Of a DNA stretch of 64,000 nt, positions 28,391-37,175 are shown piece by piece. The notes under the pieces were generated by a model that worked only from the letters and a program-made list of their open reading frames with translations, searched no databases and was not told the DNA's origin. The translations under genes and the position numbers were made by a program. Where the stretch lies: contig DAOULZ010000012.1 of NCBI GenBank assembly GCA_034414575.1, forward strand, positions 3,035-67,034, read 5' to 3'. How positions within the stretch are numbered: position 1 is the stretch's first letter; each line of letters starts with the position of its first letter. Source of the DNA: Dehalococcoidales bacterium. Lineage in GTDB: Bacteria; Chloroflexota; Dehalococcoidia; Dehalococcoidales; UBA5760.

Positions 28391-29439
28391 CTCACTGTAG
28401 TAAGACGACCATGCGCGTCGCTATGTGGTATCGCAATCGGGACGTGCGCATAGAGGAGATACCTGTCCCCGGGATAGGTGCCGGTGAGCTCTTGGTGCGG
28501 GTAGAGGCCTGTGGCATCTGCGGCAGTGATGTTATGGAGTGGTATCGGCGTGACCGGGCGCCCTTGGTGCTGGGGCATGAGATCGGGGGGCAGATTGAAG
28601 CTGTGGGTGAAGGGGTGGAGGCCTATCGAGAAGGTGAGCGAATAACCGCTGCCCATCATGTTCCGTGTAATACCTGTTACTACTGTTTGAGGGGGCATCA
28701 TACGGTTTGTGATACGCTCCGCCAAACGAGTTTTGACCCCGGTGGCATGGCGGAGTACCTTCGTTTGTCGGCAATTCATGTTGATCGAGGAGTATTCCGA
28801 TTACCTGATGCCGTATCTTATGAAGAGGCGACCTTTGTTGAGCCGCTGGCTTGTGTTCTGCGGGGTCAGAGAATAGCCGGAATGCAACCGGGAATGACCG
28901 TCCTTGTTATTGGTAGCGGTATTACCGGGCTCTTGCATGTCCAGCTAGCGCATGCTCTAGGAGCCAGTCAAGTAGTGGCTACCGACATAATTGATTACCG
29001 TCTCAAGGCAGCAGAGCGGTTTGGGGCTGAGATTACCCTCCATGCCGATGAAGACCTACCCAACTACCTGCGCCAGGTTAACCAAGGTCGTCTGGCTGAC
29101 CTGGTAATAGTGTGTACTGGCGCCAAATCGGCCATTGGTCAGGCACTGGGGTCATTGGAACGTGGGGGCACTGTGCTTCTCTTTGCTCCGACGGACCCTG
29201 GGGTTAATATCCCGATTTCTATAAACGAGCTTTTCTTTCGCAATGATATCACGCTTACTACTTCCTATGCTGGGAGTCCAGCTGACTATCAGACAGCACT
29301 AGAGTTAATCCGGGCTGGTAGCTTACCAGTGTGCCAAATGATAACCCATCGCCTGAGTCTGGCTGAGGCGGCTTTAGGCTTCCAGTTGGTCGCTGAGGCT
29401 AAGGACTCCCTCAAGGTGATAATTGAACCTCAGCGCTAG
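28387..29439 (+). CDS. zinc-dependent alcohol dehydrogenase (threonine/sorbitol dehydrogenase-like MDR)
   Basis: CGICGSD...GHE catalytic Zn motif, a structural Zn Cys cluster (CNTCYYCLRGHHTVC) and a GSGITG Rossmann motif. The GTG start overlaps the upstream stop (GTGA). Confidence 0.88.
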   Translation: MTHCSKTTMRVAMWYRNRDVRIEEIPVPGIGAGELLVRVEACGICGSDVMEWYRRDRAPLVLGHEIGGQIEAVGEGVEAYREGERITAAHHVPCNTCYYCLRGHHTVCDTLRQTSFDPGGMAEYLRLSAIHVDRGVFRLPDAVSYEEATFVEPLACVLRGQRIAGMQPGMTVLVIGSGITGLLHVQLAHALGASQVVATDIIDYRLKAAERFGAEITLHADEDLPNYLRQVNQGRLADLVIVCTGAKSAIGQALGSLERGGTVLLFAPTDPGVNIPISINELFFRNDITLTTSYAGSPADYQTALELIRAGSLPVCQMITHRLSLAEAALGFQLVAEAKDSLKVIIEPQR

Positions 29440-29717
29440 AGCACTGAGGTGAGGGGTTGCTAGAAGTGTTGGCAATAGCCGAGGTCATGCGGGTAAATCC
29501 CTTAGAATGGATACGCGCCAGATAAGAAATATTGATATTCTAGTCTAGTTTATAGGTTCATAAAATCATTGCAAGATACTGCAATGGGTTAGTAGTTAGG
29601 GTTGATTTTAATTGGTGAACTGGATGGCAGGATCGCAGATATTATTTTCAGTAACCGTTGTAGGATTAGGTAGAGAAGGTCTCTGCTGTTTTATTTAGTA
29701 ATTGTGGAGGTGAATAG

Positions 29718-30005
29718 GTGGCTACCAAGGTAATTGTACCCCAACTAGGCACGGGCACGGAGGTGATTATGCTGGTTGAGTGGAAGGCTAAAGAGGGTGA
29801 CCGGGTTGAGAAGGGCAGCGTGGTTCTGGTGGTGGAGACCGAGAAAACTAGGTACGATGTTGAGGCTGAGGCCTCGGGGTTCCTTCATATCTTGGTTGGG
29901 GCAGGGGAGGAAGCGCCGGTCGGTTCAACGGCGGCTCTTATTGTGGCCACCAAGGAGGAGTTAGAGGTACTGCAGAAGGGGGGTGGTTGGGGGAGCGACT
30001 GTTAG
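29718..30005 (+). CDS. stand-alone lipoyl-attachment domain protein (N-terminal remnant of an E2 acyltransferase)
   Basis: The lipoyl domain has the VVETEKTRYDVEA lipoyl-lysine motif. GGAGGTG RBS and GTG start. The ORF ends in the linker. Confidence 0.7.
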   Translation: MATKVIVPQLGTGTEVIMLVEWKAKEGDRVEKGSVVLVVETEKTRYDVEAEASGFLHILVGAGEEAPVGSTAALIVATKEELEVLQKGGGWGSDC

Positions 30006-30204
30006 TGAGGTTAAGGTGACTCAAACTGAGATCGCTAAGCTAGTGGTAGCGGTCCTTAGGGCAAGATTGTGAAGGAGGGCATCGAAAGATAGGTCGCAAA
30101 CAAAGAAGGCAGCACCTCCAGTTGAAGCTGCGGCTGAGGCGGCATTCATCAACAGCTTAGCCAAGCTACTGGAAACTCCGGACCCCTTGGCCAACATTAA
30201 GTAA
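30006..30204 (+). pseudogene. decayed remainder of the E2 dihydrolipoamide acyltransferase gene
   Basis: A subunit-binding-domain-like stretch GSGP*GKIVKEGIER* (30045-30092) has in-frame stops. An E2 C-terminal-tail-like stretch AAFINSLAKLLETPDPL (within 30073-30204) is in another frame. The catalytic core is missing. Confidence 0.55.
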
Positions 30205-30215
30205 AGAGGTGGCGT

Positions 30216-31625
30216 ATGGAAAGAGGAGATGTAGTTATCATTGGCGGTGGCCCGGCTGGCTACATAGCAGCAATAAGGGCGGCGCAGCTTGGTGGCAAGG
30301 TGACGCTAGTAGAGTGGGACAAGTTGGGTGGTACTTGCCTCAATCGTGGCTGTATTCCGACCAAATTCATGTTGCACAGTGTTGAGACTTATCGATCACT
30401 AAAGACTGCCGGGCGGTATGGTATAAGTGTATCTGGGGCTAATTTGGAACTAGCCAAGATGCAGGCCGCTAAAAATAAGGTAGTATCAGCTTTAACGTCT
30501 GGGGTTGAAGGGCTTTTGGCTGGCAACAAGGTTGAGGTTATTAGAGGGTGGGCTAAGCTTACCTCATCAGGGCAGGTGGAAGTGGACTTCGCTCAGGGTG
30601 AGAAGCAGCTTATCGCTGCGGATAAAATAATACTGGCTACTGGGGCTACACCAATAGTGTTGCCTGTCCCTGGGGCTGATAGCCCGGACATAATGAGTGT
30701 TAATGACTTGCTTGAGTTAAAGGAGCTTCCGAAGAGCTTGGTGATTATCGGGGCTGGGGTTGTTGGTGTTGAGATGGCCACTGTCTGGGCTAAGCTGGGT
30801 TCGCAGGTGAGCCTGGTGGAGATGATGCCGCACTGCTTGCCCACTCAGGATGACGAGATAGTCTCAATTCTGGAGAGGGCACTCATGGAAGACGGGATTC
30901 GGGTCTGCTGTGGTGCTCAGGTGAGCCGGATTGAGGATGCCGGCGGTGGTAAAGTAGTAGTCTTTTCCGAAGGTGGAGCCGAGCAGAGAATAGAGGCAGA
31001 GGCGGTGGCGATAGCAGTAGGCTACCGACCGAATGTAGAAGGCTTGGGCCTGGAGGAGTGTGGTGTGGTAATTAACAAAGGTGCTATCCAGGTTAATGAG
31101 AAGATGGAAACCAGCTGCCCGGGTATCTATGCGGCCGGTGACATCGTCGGCGGTATGATGTTTGCCTATGTGGCTATGGCTGAGGGGACAGTGGCTGCGG
31201 AGAATGCTCTGGAGCAAAATTCGAAGGTAGATTATAACGTTATACCGCAGTGTGTTTTTACTCTGCCTGAGGTAGCCAGTGTCGGCCTCACGGAGCAGGA
31301 GGCCGCTGCTCAGGGACACGAGGTAGAGATTGGCAAATTTCCCTTTTTGGCTAACGGTATGGCGGCTATTGTAGGCGAGACGAGAGGGCTGGTCAAGGTA
31401 ATCAGCGAAACGAAGTATGGACAGATATTGGGGGTTCATATCATTGGGCCTCATGCCACGTGTCTCATAGCTGAAGCGGTTATAGCTATGAAGCTAGAGG
31501 GTACCGTTGATGATATTCTGGCTACGGTACATGCGCATCCTTCTCTCTCAGAGGCAATTTGGGCGGCGGCAGCGGATGTTAGGGGTAGGGCAGTTCATAT
31601 CCCATCTCGAAAAAGGGGTGGGTGA
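30216..31625 (+). CDS. lpdA: dihydrolipoyl dehydrogenase (E3)
   Basis: GGGPAGY FAD motif, redox-active disulfide GGTCLNRGCIPTK and C-terminal HAHPSLSE interface motif. Confidence 0.95.
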   Translation: MERGDVVIIGGGPAGYIAAIRAAQLGGKVTLVEWDKLGGTCLNRGCIPTKFMLHSVETYRSLKTAGRYGISVSGANLELAKMQAAKNKVVSALTSGVEGLLAGNKVEVIRGWAKLTSSGQVEVDFAQGEKQLIAADKIILATGATPIVLPVPGADSPDIMSVNDLLELKELPKSLVIIGAGVVGVEMATVWAKLGSQVSLVEMMPHCLPTQDDEIVSILERALMEDGIRVCCGAQVSRIEDAGGGKVVVFSEGGAEQRIEAEAVAIAVGYRPNVEGLGLEECGVVINKGAIQVNEKMETSCPGIYAAGDIVGGMMFAYVAMAEGTVAAENALEQNSKVDYNVIPQCVFTLPEVASVGLTEQEAAAQGHEVEIGKFPFLANGMAAIVGETRGLVKVISETKYGQILGVHIIGPHATCLIAEAVIAMKLEGTVDDILATVHAHPSLSEAIWAAAADVRGRAVHIPSRKRGG

Positions 31626-31660
31626 TGTACGGGCTTTACATAAAATACCCATGATGTAAG

Positions 31661-32404
31661 ATGTTGTGTTCGGTCTATCAGTTAGGGCAGGTAGGTTATA
31701 ACGAGGCGTATCAGTTACAGACGGACCTGTTACAGCAAAGAATGGACAACGGCATTGGAGACGCTCTGCTTCTGCTGGAACACCCGCCAACGATTACTGT
31801 CGGCAAATCAGGCAACTTAGAGAATATCCTGATATCTCGGGAGGAACTAGACAGGAGGGGCATCTCCTTTTTCTTCTCGGACAGGGGAGGAGATGTTACT
31901 TATCACGGTCCGGGGCAGTTGGTAGGCTACCCTATTATTGACCTGAGGAACAGGCAAAGAGACCTGCGCCAATACGTTCGTAATCTTGAAGAGGTGATCA
32001 TAAGAGCCCTTAGCGACTTTGGTATTAAGGCCACTAGAGATATCTCTCATCGCGGGGTTTGGGTCGCAGGTAAGGAAATTGCTGCCCTCGGGCTTAGAAT
32101 CAGAAAATGGGTAACTATGCATGGCTTCTCCCTGAACGTGAATACTGATTTAGAGCCGTTCTCATTGATAAACCCTTGTGGCTTTTCTGATAGAGGGGCG
32201 ACGTCAATGGCAGCGATACTGGCTCAAGAAATACCAGTGGCGGCGGTAACTAAAAGGGTGCTGGCCCATTTTTCAGAGGCTTTCGAAGTCGAGATAAAGC
32301 TTCTCCCAATTTGGATGAAGCCTAGTCCAGATGATATCAGCCATGATTTACTAATGAAAACTAATCTTGCTACTCTGGCGAGGGAAAATACTGATGAGAG
32401 CTAG
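31661..32404 (+). CDS. lipB: lipoyl(octanoyl) transferase
   Basis: LLEHPPTITVGK, RGGDVTYHGPGQLVGYPI and the KI.A.G. pattern of LipB. Confidence 0.92.
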   Translation: MLCSVYQLGQVGYNEAYQLQTDLLQQRMDNGIGDALLLLEHPPTITVGKSGNLENILISREELDRRGISFFFSDRGGDVTYHGPGQLVGYPIIDLRNRQRDLRQYVRNLEEVIIRALSDFGIKATRDISHRGVWVAGKEIAALGLRIRKWVTMHGFSLNVNTDLEPFSLINPCGFSDRGATSMAAILAQEIPVAAVTKRVLAHFSEAFEVEIKLLPIWMKPSPDDISHDLLMKTNLATLARENTDES

Positions 32405-33263
32405 ATTGCCACCCTGGTTTAAGCAGCGGTTGGTTAGCCCCGAAACCATGATGGCTATGGAAGGGCTTCTGGAAAGTCTGAAGCTGCATACTATTTGTGA
32501 GAGTGCTCGTTGTCCCAATATTGGAGATTGCTTCTCGCGGAAGACAGCCACCTTTTTAATTCTGGGTAATATCTGTACCAGGAACTGTGGCTTTTGTGCC
32601 GTTGACAAGGGCCGACCCTTGCCGGTGGATAAGGAAGAGCCTAAGCACCTGCTTGGGGCGGTAGAGAAGCTAGGTCTGCGCTACGTGGTCATAACCTCGG
32701 TTACCAGAGACGACCTTGATGATGGTGGGGCCGCTCACTTCGCGGCAGCGGTGAATCTGATTCTTGAAAAGCGGCCCGGGACCCTGGTTGAGGTGCTGGT
32801 TCCCGATTTCCTTGGCTCCAGTGAGGCGTTGGGGAAGGTGATAGCTGCTGCTCCTAGTGTGATAAATCATAATGTGGAGACAGTGCCTCGCCTTTATCCT
32901 GAGGTCAGGTCAATGGCGGATTACTGGCGCTCTATAGGGCTGCTTGCTTTGGTGAAGGAGTCAGCCTCGGGGATAGTAACTAAGTCAGGACTGATGGTTG
33001 GGCTTGGGGAGACGAGGGAGGAAGTGGTTAGTGTCATGAAGGACTTAAGGGAAGCCAAGTGTGATTTGCTTACCCTTGGTCAGTACCTTCCGCCTTCCCC
33101 ACAACATTATCCCCTATCTCGGTATGTCTCCCCTGAGGATTTCACCGAGTTCGGTGCCATCGGTAGGAGCCTCGGCTTTGCCGAGGTTGTCTCGGCACCC
33201 TTAGTAAGGAGTTCCTTTAAGGCAGAAGAGCTCTACTCTAAAGCAGGGCAGAATACAGTTTAG
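32394..33263 (+). CDS. lipA: lipoyl synthase
   Basis: N-terminal auxiliary cluster motif CESARCPNIGDC and radical-SAM motif CTRNCGFC. The start is set at the ATG overlapping the end of lipB. Confidence 0.95.
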   Translation: MRARLPPWFKQRLVSPETMMAMEGLLESLKLHTICESARCPNIGDCFSRKTATFLILGNICTRNCGFCAVDKGRPLPVDKEEPKHLLGAVEKLGLRYVVITSVTRDDLDDGGAAHFAAAVNLILEKRPGTLVEVLVPDFLGSSEALGKVIAAAPSVINHNVETVPRLYPEVRSMADYWRSIGLLALVKESASGIVTKSGLMVGLGETREEVVSVMKDLREAKCDLLTLGQYLPPSPQHYPLSRYVSPEDFTEFGAIGRSLGFAEVVSAPLVRSSFKAEELYSKAGQNTV

Positions 33264-33564
33264 GAAGCAGCTTAGCCTGTGCGTATTGTCTTGACTGCCT
33301 ACCGTCACTGGCGGCACGGTATTATCATTGGAGTCGCTGAGTTTGCTAGGGGCGTCAATTTGAGGAAGGGCAAGCGCTGGGATAGTCCTAGGATTTTTCT
33401 CTCCTTTAAGGCCTTCTGAGCCTTGGTAAGATAGACTCAGTATTGACGGGTGTCAGCTTATCGTTTATTATCACAGAAAGCTTGGTAATATGGGTTTTCA
33501 TAAAGTATCGGTAACATCTTGAAGACCCGGTTTCTGAGAGAAGACTTAATGCCAAAGGGAACCG

Positions 33565-35244
33565 ATGAAACGTCGTAAAATCAACTATATGCTGGCATCA
33601 GGCATTGCGGTGCTTCCCTTACTGGTGACAGTATTCATTGCTACCCCAGCCCAGGCTAAGGTTGAGAATGAGCTTGTCCTTGATCCAATCGAGGGTAAAC
33701 TCGGCGACAAAATTATTGTCACGGGTGAGGGCTTTGACGCTGGGACGTATTATTATCTTTACTTCTCTAGCGATGAGGCTGTTATAGGTAATTCCATTGA
33801 TGGAGATGTTACCCATTACGAGCTGTTGGAAAGGAATATCAGGACCACTGAGGCGACTGACTTGTTCCCCGGTGAATTTGACACTTATTTTTTAGTTCCT
33901 GATGCCCTTGGTAACGGAGCAGATGTAGAGGATGTGCATGGCGGTGAGTATTATGTTTATGTTACCTATCGCACCAGTAAACAGATACTGGCACTTGCCG
34001 TCCTCGAGGTGTATGGGGGTGAAATTGAGGTAGTCCCCGAAACTGCGGCGGTAGGTTCTGGGGTTACCATTAGCGGCCAGGGGCTCCGCCCGGATCAGAG
34101 TATCACTATTGAATACGATGGCAAGCAAGTTAACATAGAAAGTGGCGATGCCAAGACTGATGGTGACGGCCAATTTACCTGCGCTATTGTTATCCCGGAG
34201 TGTCCCAACGGAAGCTATACGGTGACTGCTATTGATGAGTCGGGTAACCGGCCTGAGACTGAGGTTAGTATAAAGCCTGAGATAACCTTAATCCCCACCT
34301 CGCAATATGTAGATAAAGTGGTAGAGGTTAGAGGTACCGGGTTTGGTGAGCGGGAGAATGTTACCGTCACGCTGGATGGTAAAAATATGACCACGATTCC
34401 GGTAACCCTGCATACTAATCGCCTTGGTAGTCTAGGTGGTGACTTCATTATCCCGCCCTATCCTATCTATACAGATGGTGCCATTGCTGAAGTGCGGGTC
34501 CGCGACGAAAGTGATCATACAGCCGGGGCTGAATTGACTGTTTTACCGATCCCGGCTGCCATCAGCTTAAGTCCAGCTACTAGCCAGAGCTCGCCGGGTC
34601 ATGTCGGTATGGAACTTACCGTTGGTGGTATCTGGTTTGTGGCTAATGCCCCAATTACCATCACCTATGATGACGCTGAACCCCTTACCGTTGCCACCAC
34701 TGAGGCTAGCGATGATAGGTATTTCTCGGTATCCTTTACGGTGCCGCCCAGTGCCCCGGGGAGTCATACCGTAACCGTCAACGATGGTATCAATAGTGTA
34801 AGCTCTGTCTTTAACATGGAGTCAGAGAAACCATTGACTCCAGTACTATTACTACCGACGGTTGCCGCCACCATCGACCCCGAGGCTTATTTTGACTGGA
34901 GGGACGTTAGCGACCCGAGTGGCATAGGCTATATCCTCCAGATTGGGGCCGATAGCGAGTTTGCCACTGTAGTTTTGGAGAAGAGGGAACTAGCTGACTC
35001 AGAATATATGCTTAATGAGGAGGAGAAACTCGAGCTAGTCGAGAGGGAGACTCCTTATTACTGGCGGGTTAAGGCAGTGGATGGTACCTTTAGTGAGAGC
35101 GAGTGGGCAATACTTGGCGCATTCTATGTTGGTGGTCCTCCAGGAGCATCATTGCCGAGCTGGATGAGATATTTATGGATTGGGCTTGGTAGTGCCCTGG
35201 CCGCTTTCTTTATAATAAGAATGCGGAGAAGGCAGGTCAAATAG
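33565..35244 (+). CDS. large secreted cell-surface protein with repeated Ig-like beta domains and C-terminal LPSW-TM-RMRRR anchor
   Basis: Signal peptide (ATPAQA). There are several domains of about 90 aa of the form G..V.V.G.GF ... Y.V.A.D. An FN3-like segment (YYWRVKAVDG) is followed by a C-terminal TM helix and a basic tail. Confidence 0.7.
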   Translation: MKRRKINYMLASGIAVLPLLVTVFIATPAQAKVENELVLDPIEGKLGDKIIVTGEGFDAGTYYYLYFSSDEAVIGNSIDGDVTHYELLERNIRTTEATDLFPGEFDTYFLVPDALGNGADVEDVHGGEYYVYVTYRTSKQILALAVLEVYGGEIEVVPETAAVGSGVTISGQGLRPDQSITIEYDGKQVNIESGDAKTDGDGQFTCAIVIPECPNGSYTVTAIDESGNRPETEVSIKPEITLIPTSQYVDKVVEVRGTGFGERENVTVTLDGKNMTTIPVTLHTNRLGSLGGDFIIPPYPIYTDGAIAEVRVRDESDHTAGAELTVLPIPAAISLSPATSQSSPGHVGMELTVGGIWFVANAPITITYDDAEPLTVATTEASDDRYFSVSFTVPPSAPGSHTVTVNDGINSVSSVFNMESEKPLTPVLLLPTVAATIDPEAYFDWRDVSDPSGIGYILQIGADSEFATVVLEKRELADSEYMLNEEEKLELVERETPYYWRVKAVDGTFSESEWAILGAFYVGGPPGASLPSWMRYLWIGLGSALAAFFIIRMRRRQVK

Positions 35245-35295
35245 TATCGTTAAGACGGTTAGCCTGAAGTGTCTAATGCTTTTGCGGTAATAGGG

Positions 35296-35664
35296 CTAGG
35301 CTGCTTTTAGGGTAATCTGAATTGTCTTGACTTTCTTAGCTACCTGGGCTACCGAGGGCATTTCCCTTAGTATATCCAGCAGTGACAGGGGGGTTTCCGC
35401 GGAGACAACAATCTCAGTACCGTCGACCATCGAACCGCTAATCAATACTAAGCGCAGGTCTTGAACCTGACATAGGTGCTCTTCTAATTTGCTGATCTGG
35501 CCTGAATCTACCGGGGGAACTATGGTCAGTTTTACTATGCCCTTATACAGTTCCGCACCGGTCTCTTTGGCTGGCGGTTCTGCCTTTTTCTTAATCTGAT
35601 CCTCTGCCTTCTTAGTCTCCTCAATCTCGTTCTTAGCGCTTTGCCCAGTTTCTTTCTCTTCCAT
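35296..35664 (-). CDS. hypothetical protein (K/E-rich N-terminus, about 80-aa conserved-looking C-terminal domain)
   Basis: 122-aa ORF with coding-like composition. No motif recognised. Confidence 0.45.
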   Translation of the reverse strand: MEEKETGQSAKNEIEETKKAEDQIKKKAEPPAKETGAELYKGIVKLTIVPPVDSGQISKLEEHLCQVQDLRLVLISGSMVDGTEIVVSAETPLSLLDILREMPSVAQVAKKVKTIQITLKAA

Positions 35665-36091
35665 CTCGGCTTTCTCCTTGGCTCCTCTTAGCTTCCGCTT
35701 AGTACTTTTGCACCCTACCCGGTGCTAAGCTAATGCTTATGTTGTGGTCAGGTTACTCCCGAACGTTGGTTAGTATAAACAGAGTCGGAAACACCTGTCA
35801 ATCACGATTGATATTTATTTTTCTCTATACGCTGTTGGAGTTACTTCTATATGCAGTGGCCAGGCAGCTTGGAGATGGTAGGCAGTGATGATTTCTAATT
35901 GAGATTTTCTCAGTACTCATCCTATCTTATCCTTACTTTACTTTACAATTTAATTGTTATATGGTATCTTATTGTCCTATTACTAATGGGGGATTGTTTC
36001 GCTGTCTAAATGGCCCGTTTGGGTGATTGTATTGGGTAGTAGGATGAGGCAGAATAGGTTGAGGTGAGTTTTAGATAGTTTAAGAGAGGAG

Positions 36092-36388
36092 GTGGATATG
36101 CCAAATCACAGCGAGATTGATCCTATGCTGACAACGAGCGAAGTAGCGCGACTGCTTAATGTGCATATCAATACGGTGAGACGGTGGAGTAATCAGGGGG
36201 TACTAAAGACATACCGAATCGGGGCACGTGGTGACCGGCGATTTCACCGGGACGATATTACTAGTTTCCTGTCACAGAAGTCGAAGATGGCTAGGTTGGA
36301 TACCAAGATGGAAATCCCCTCCTCGTTAGACCAAACGTCAGGAAGTCAAGAGAGCTTGTCAACATCCGTAGTCTGTGAAAGTAAGTAA
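36092..36388 (+). CDS. excisionase/MerR-type helix-turn-helix DNA-binding protein
   Basis: LTTSEVARLLNVHINTVRRWSNQGVLKTYRIG..GDRRF is the classic excisionase-family HTH. A GGAGGTG RBS precedes the ATG at 36098. Confidence 0.8.
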   Translation: MDMPNHSEIDPMLTTSEVARLLNVHINTVRRWSNQGVLKTYRIGARGDRRFHRDDITSFLSQKSKMARLDTKMEIPSSLDQTSGSQESLSTSVVCESK

Positions 36389-36411
36389 TACCTATATGTA
36401 CGAGGGAGCTA

Positions 36412-37092
36412 ATGAATAAAATCGTGATAATGATAATTGATGAGGAGTCTTTCTTTAGGGCTGGTGTGCGTCAGGCGCTGTCTCAGCAGCCGGACTTTGA
36501 GGTATTGGATTGCGATCCATCTAATGGTCCACTAGAGATGATTGAGGCCCACCTTCCCCATATTGCCCTGCTCGGCTCGGCCCTCGGTGCCCATAACGGG
36601 CTGGAGTTGGGAAGAAAGATTGCCCGTTTTTACCCAAATACTAGGGTAATCATGCTAAGTCCCAATCCTGATGACGAAGAGCTTTTTGAGGTTATTAAGA
36701 CGGCAGCCGTAGCCTGCTTAAATAGGAATACCGCTGTGGCAGATCTCATTAATACGATAAGACGGGCGTCTCGGGGTGAATATCCGATAAATGAGAGCCT
36801 TATGACGAGACCCAAGGTTGCCCAACGTGTGTTAAAGCAGTTTGAAGATATATCATCGATGGACAAGGATATTGAGACGGTAATCGCACCCCTCACCCGT
36901 CGCGAGACACAGATTCTGGACTACGTTGCTGAAGGCAACACAAATAAACAAATCGCCGATATCCTGGGCATTAGTGAGCAGACGATTAAGAGTCATGTCA
37001 GTGCCATCCTGCGTAAGCTGAATGCTAATGATAGAGCCCATGCTGTTGCCCTGGCCATCCGTAATGGTTGGATTTCGCCGGGTGAAAAGTAA
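36412..37092 (+). CDS. LuxR/NarL-family regulator with an aspartate-less (pseudo-)receiver domain
   Basis: C-terminal LuxR HTH (LTRRETQILDYVAEGNTNKQIADILGISEQTIKSHVSAILRKL). The receiver-like N-terminus has Gly where the phospho-acceptor Asp is expected (HIALLGSALGAHNGLE). Confidence 0.85.
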   Translation: MNKIVIMIIDEESFFRAGVRQALSQQPDFEVLDCDPSNGPLEMIEAHLPHIALLGSALGAHNGLELGRKIARFYPNTRVIMLSPNPDDEELFEVIKTAAVACLNRNTAVADLINTIRRASRGEYPINESLMTRPKVAQRVLKQFEDISSMDKDIETVIAPLTRRETQILDYVAEGNTNKQIADILGISEQTIKSHVSAILRKLNANDRAHAVALAIRNGWISPGEK

Positions 37093-37175
37093 TGAAGGGA
37101 TATATCGGCAGGATTTTAATGAAACCTAAACGGCAGTTTTAGGGACGTTTAATCTTGTTGGTCTGAAGTCGAGAA

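Noticed and set aside
29567-29586. Palindrome CATTGCA-N6-TGCAATG upstream of the lipoyl-domain ORF as an operator
   Set aside because: It is a 7-bp inverted repeat in AT-rich DNA, which could arise by chance. No candidate regulator or second copy was seen.
30864-31454. 196-aa minus-strand ORF inside lpdA
   Set aside because: It lies antisense to a textbook dihydrolipoyl dehydrogenase and shows no motifs. Other long antisense ORFs were rejected for the same reason, for example 28348-28779, 17538-17957, 14626-15033, 7801-8172 and 55694-56491.
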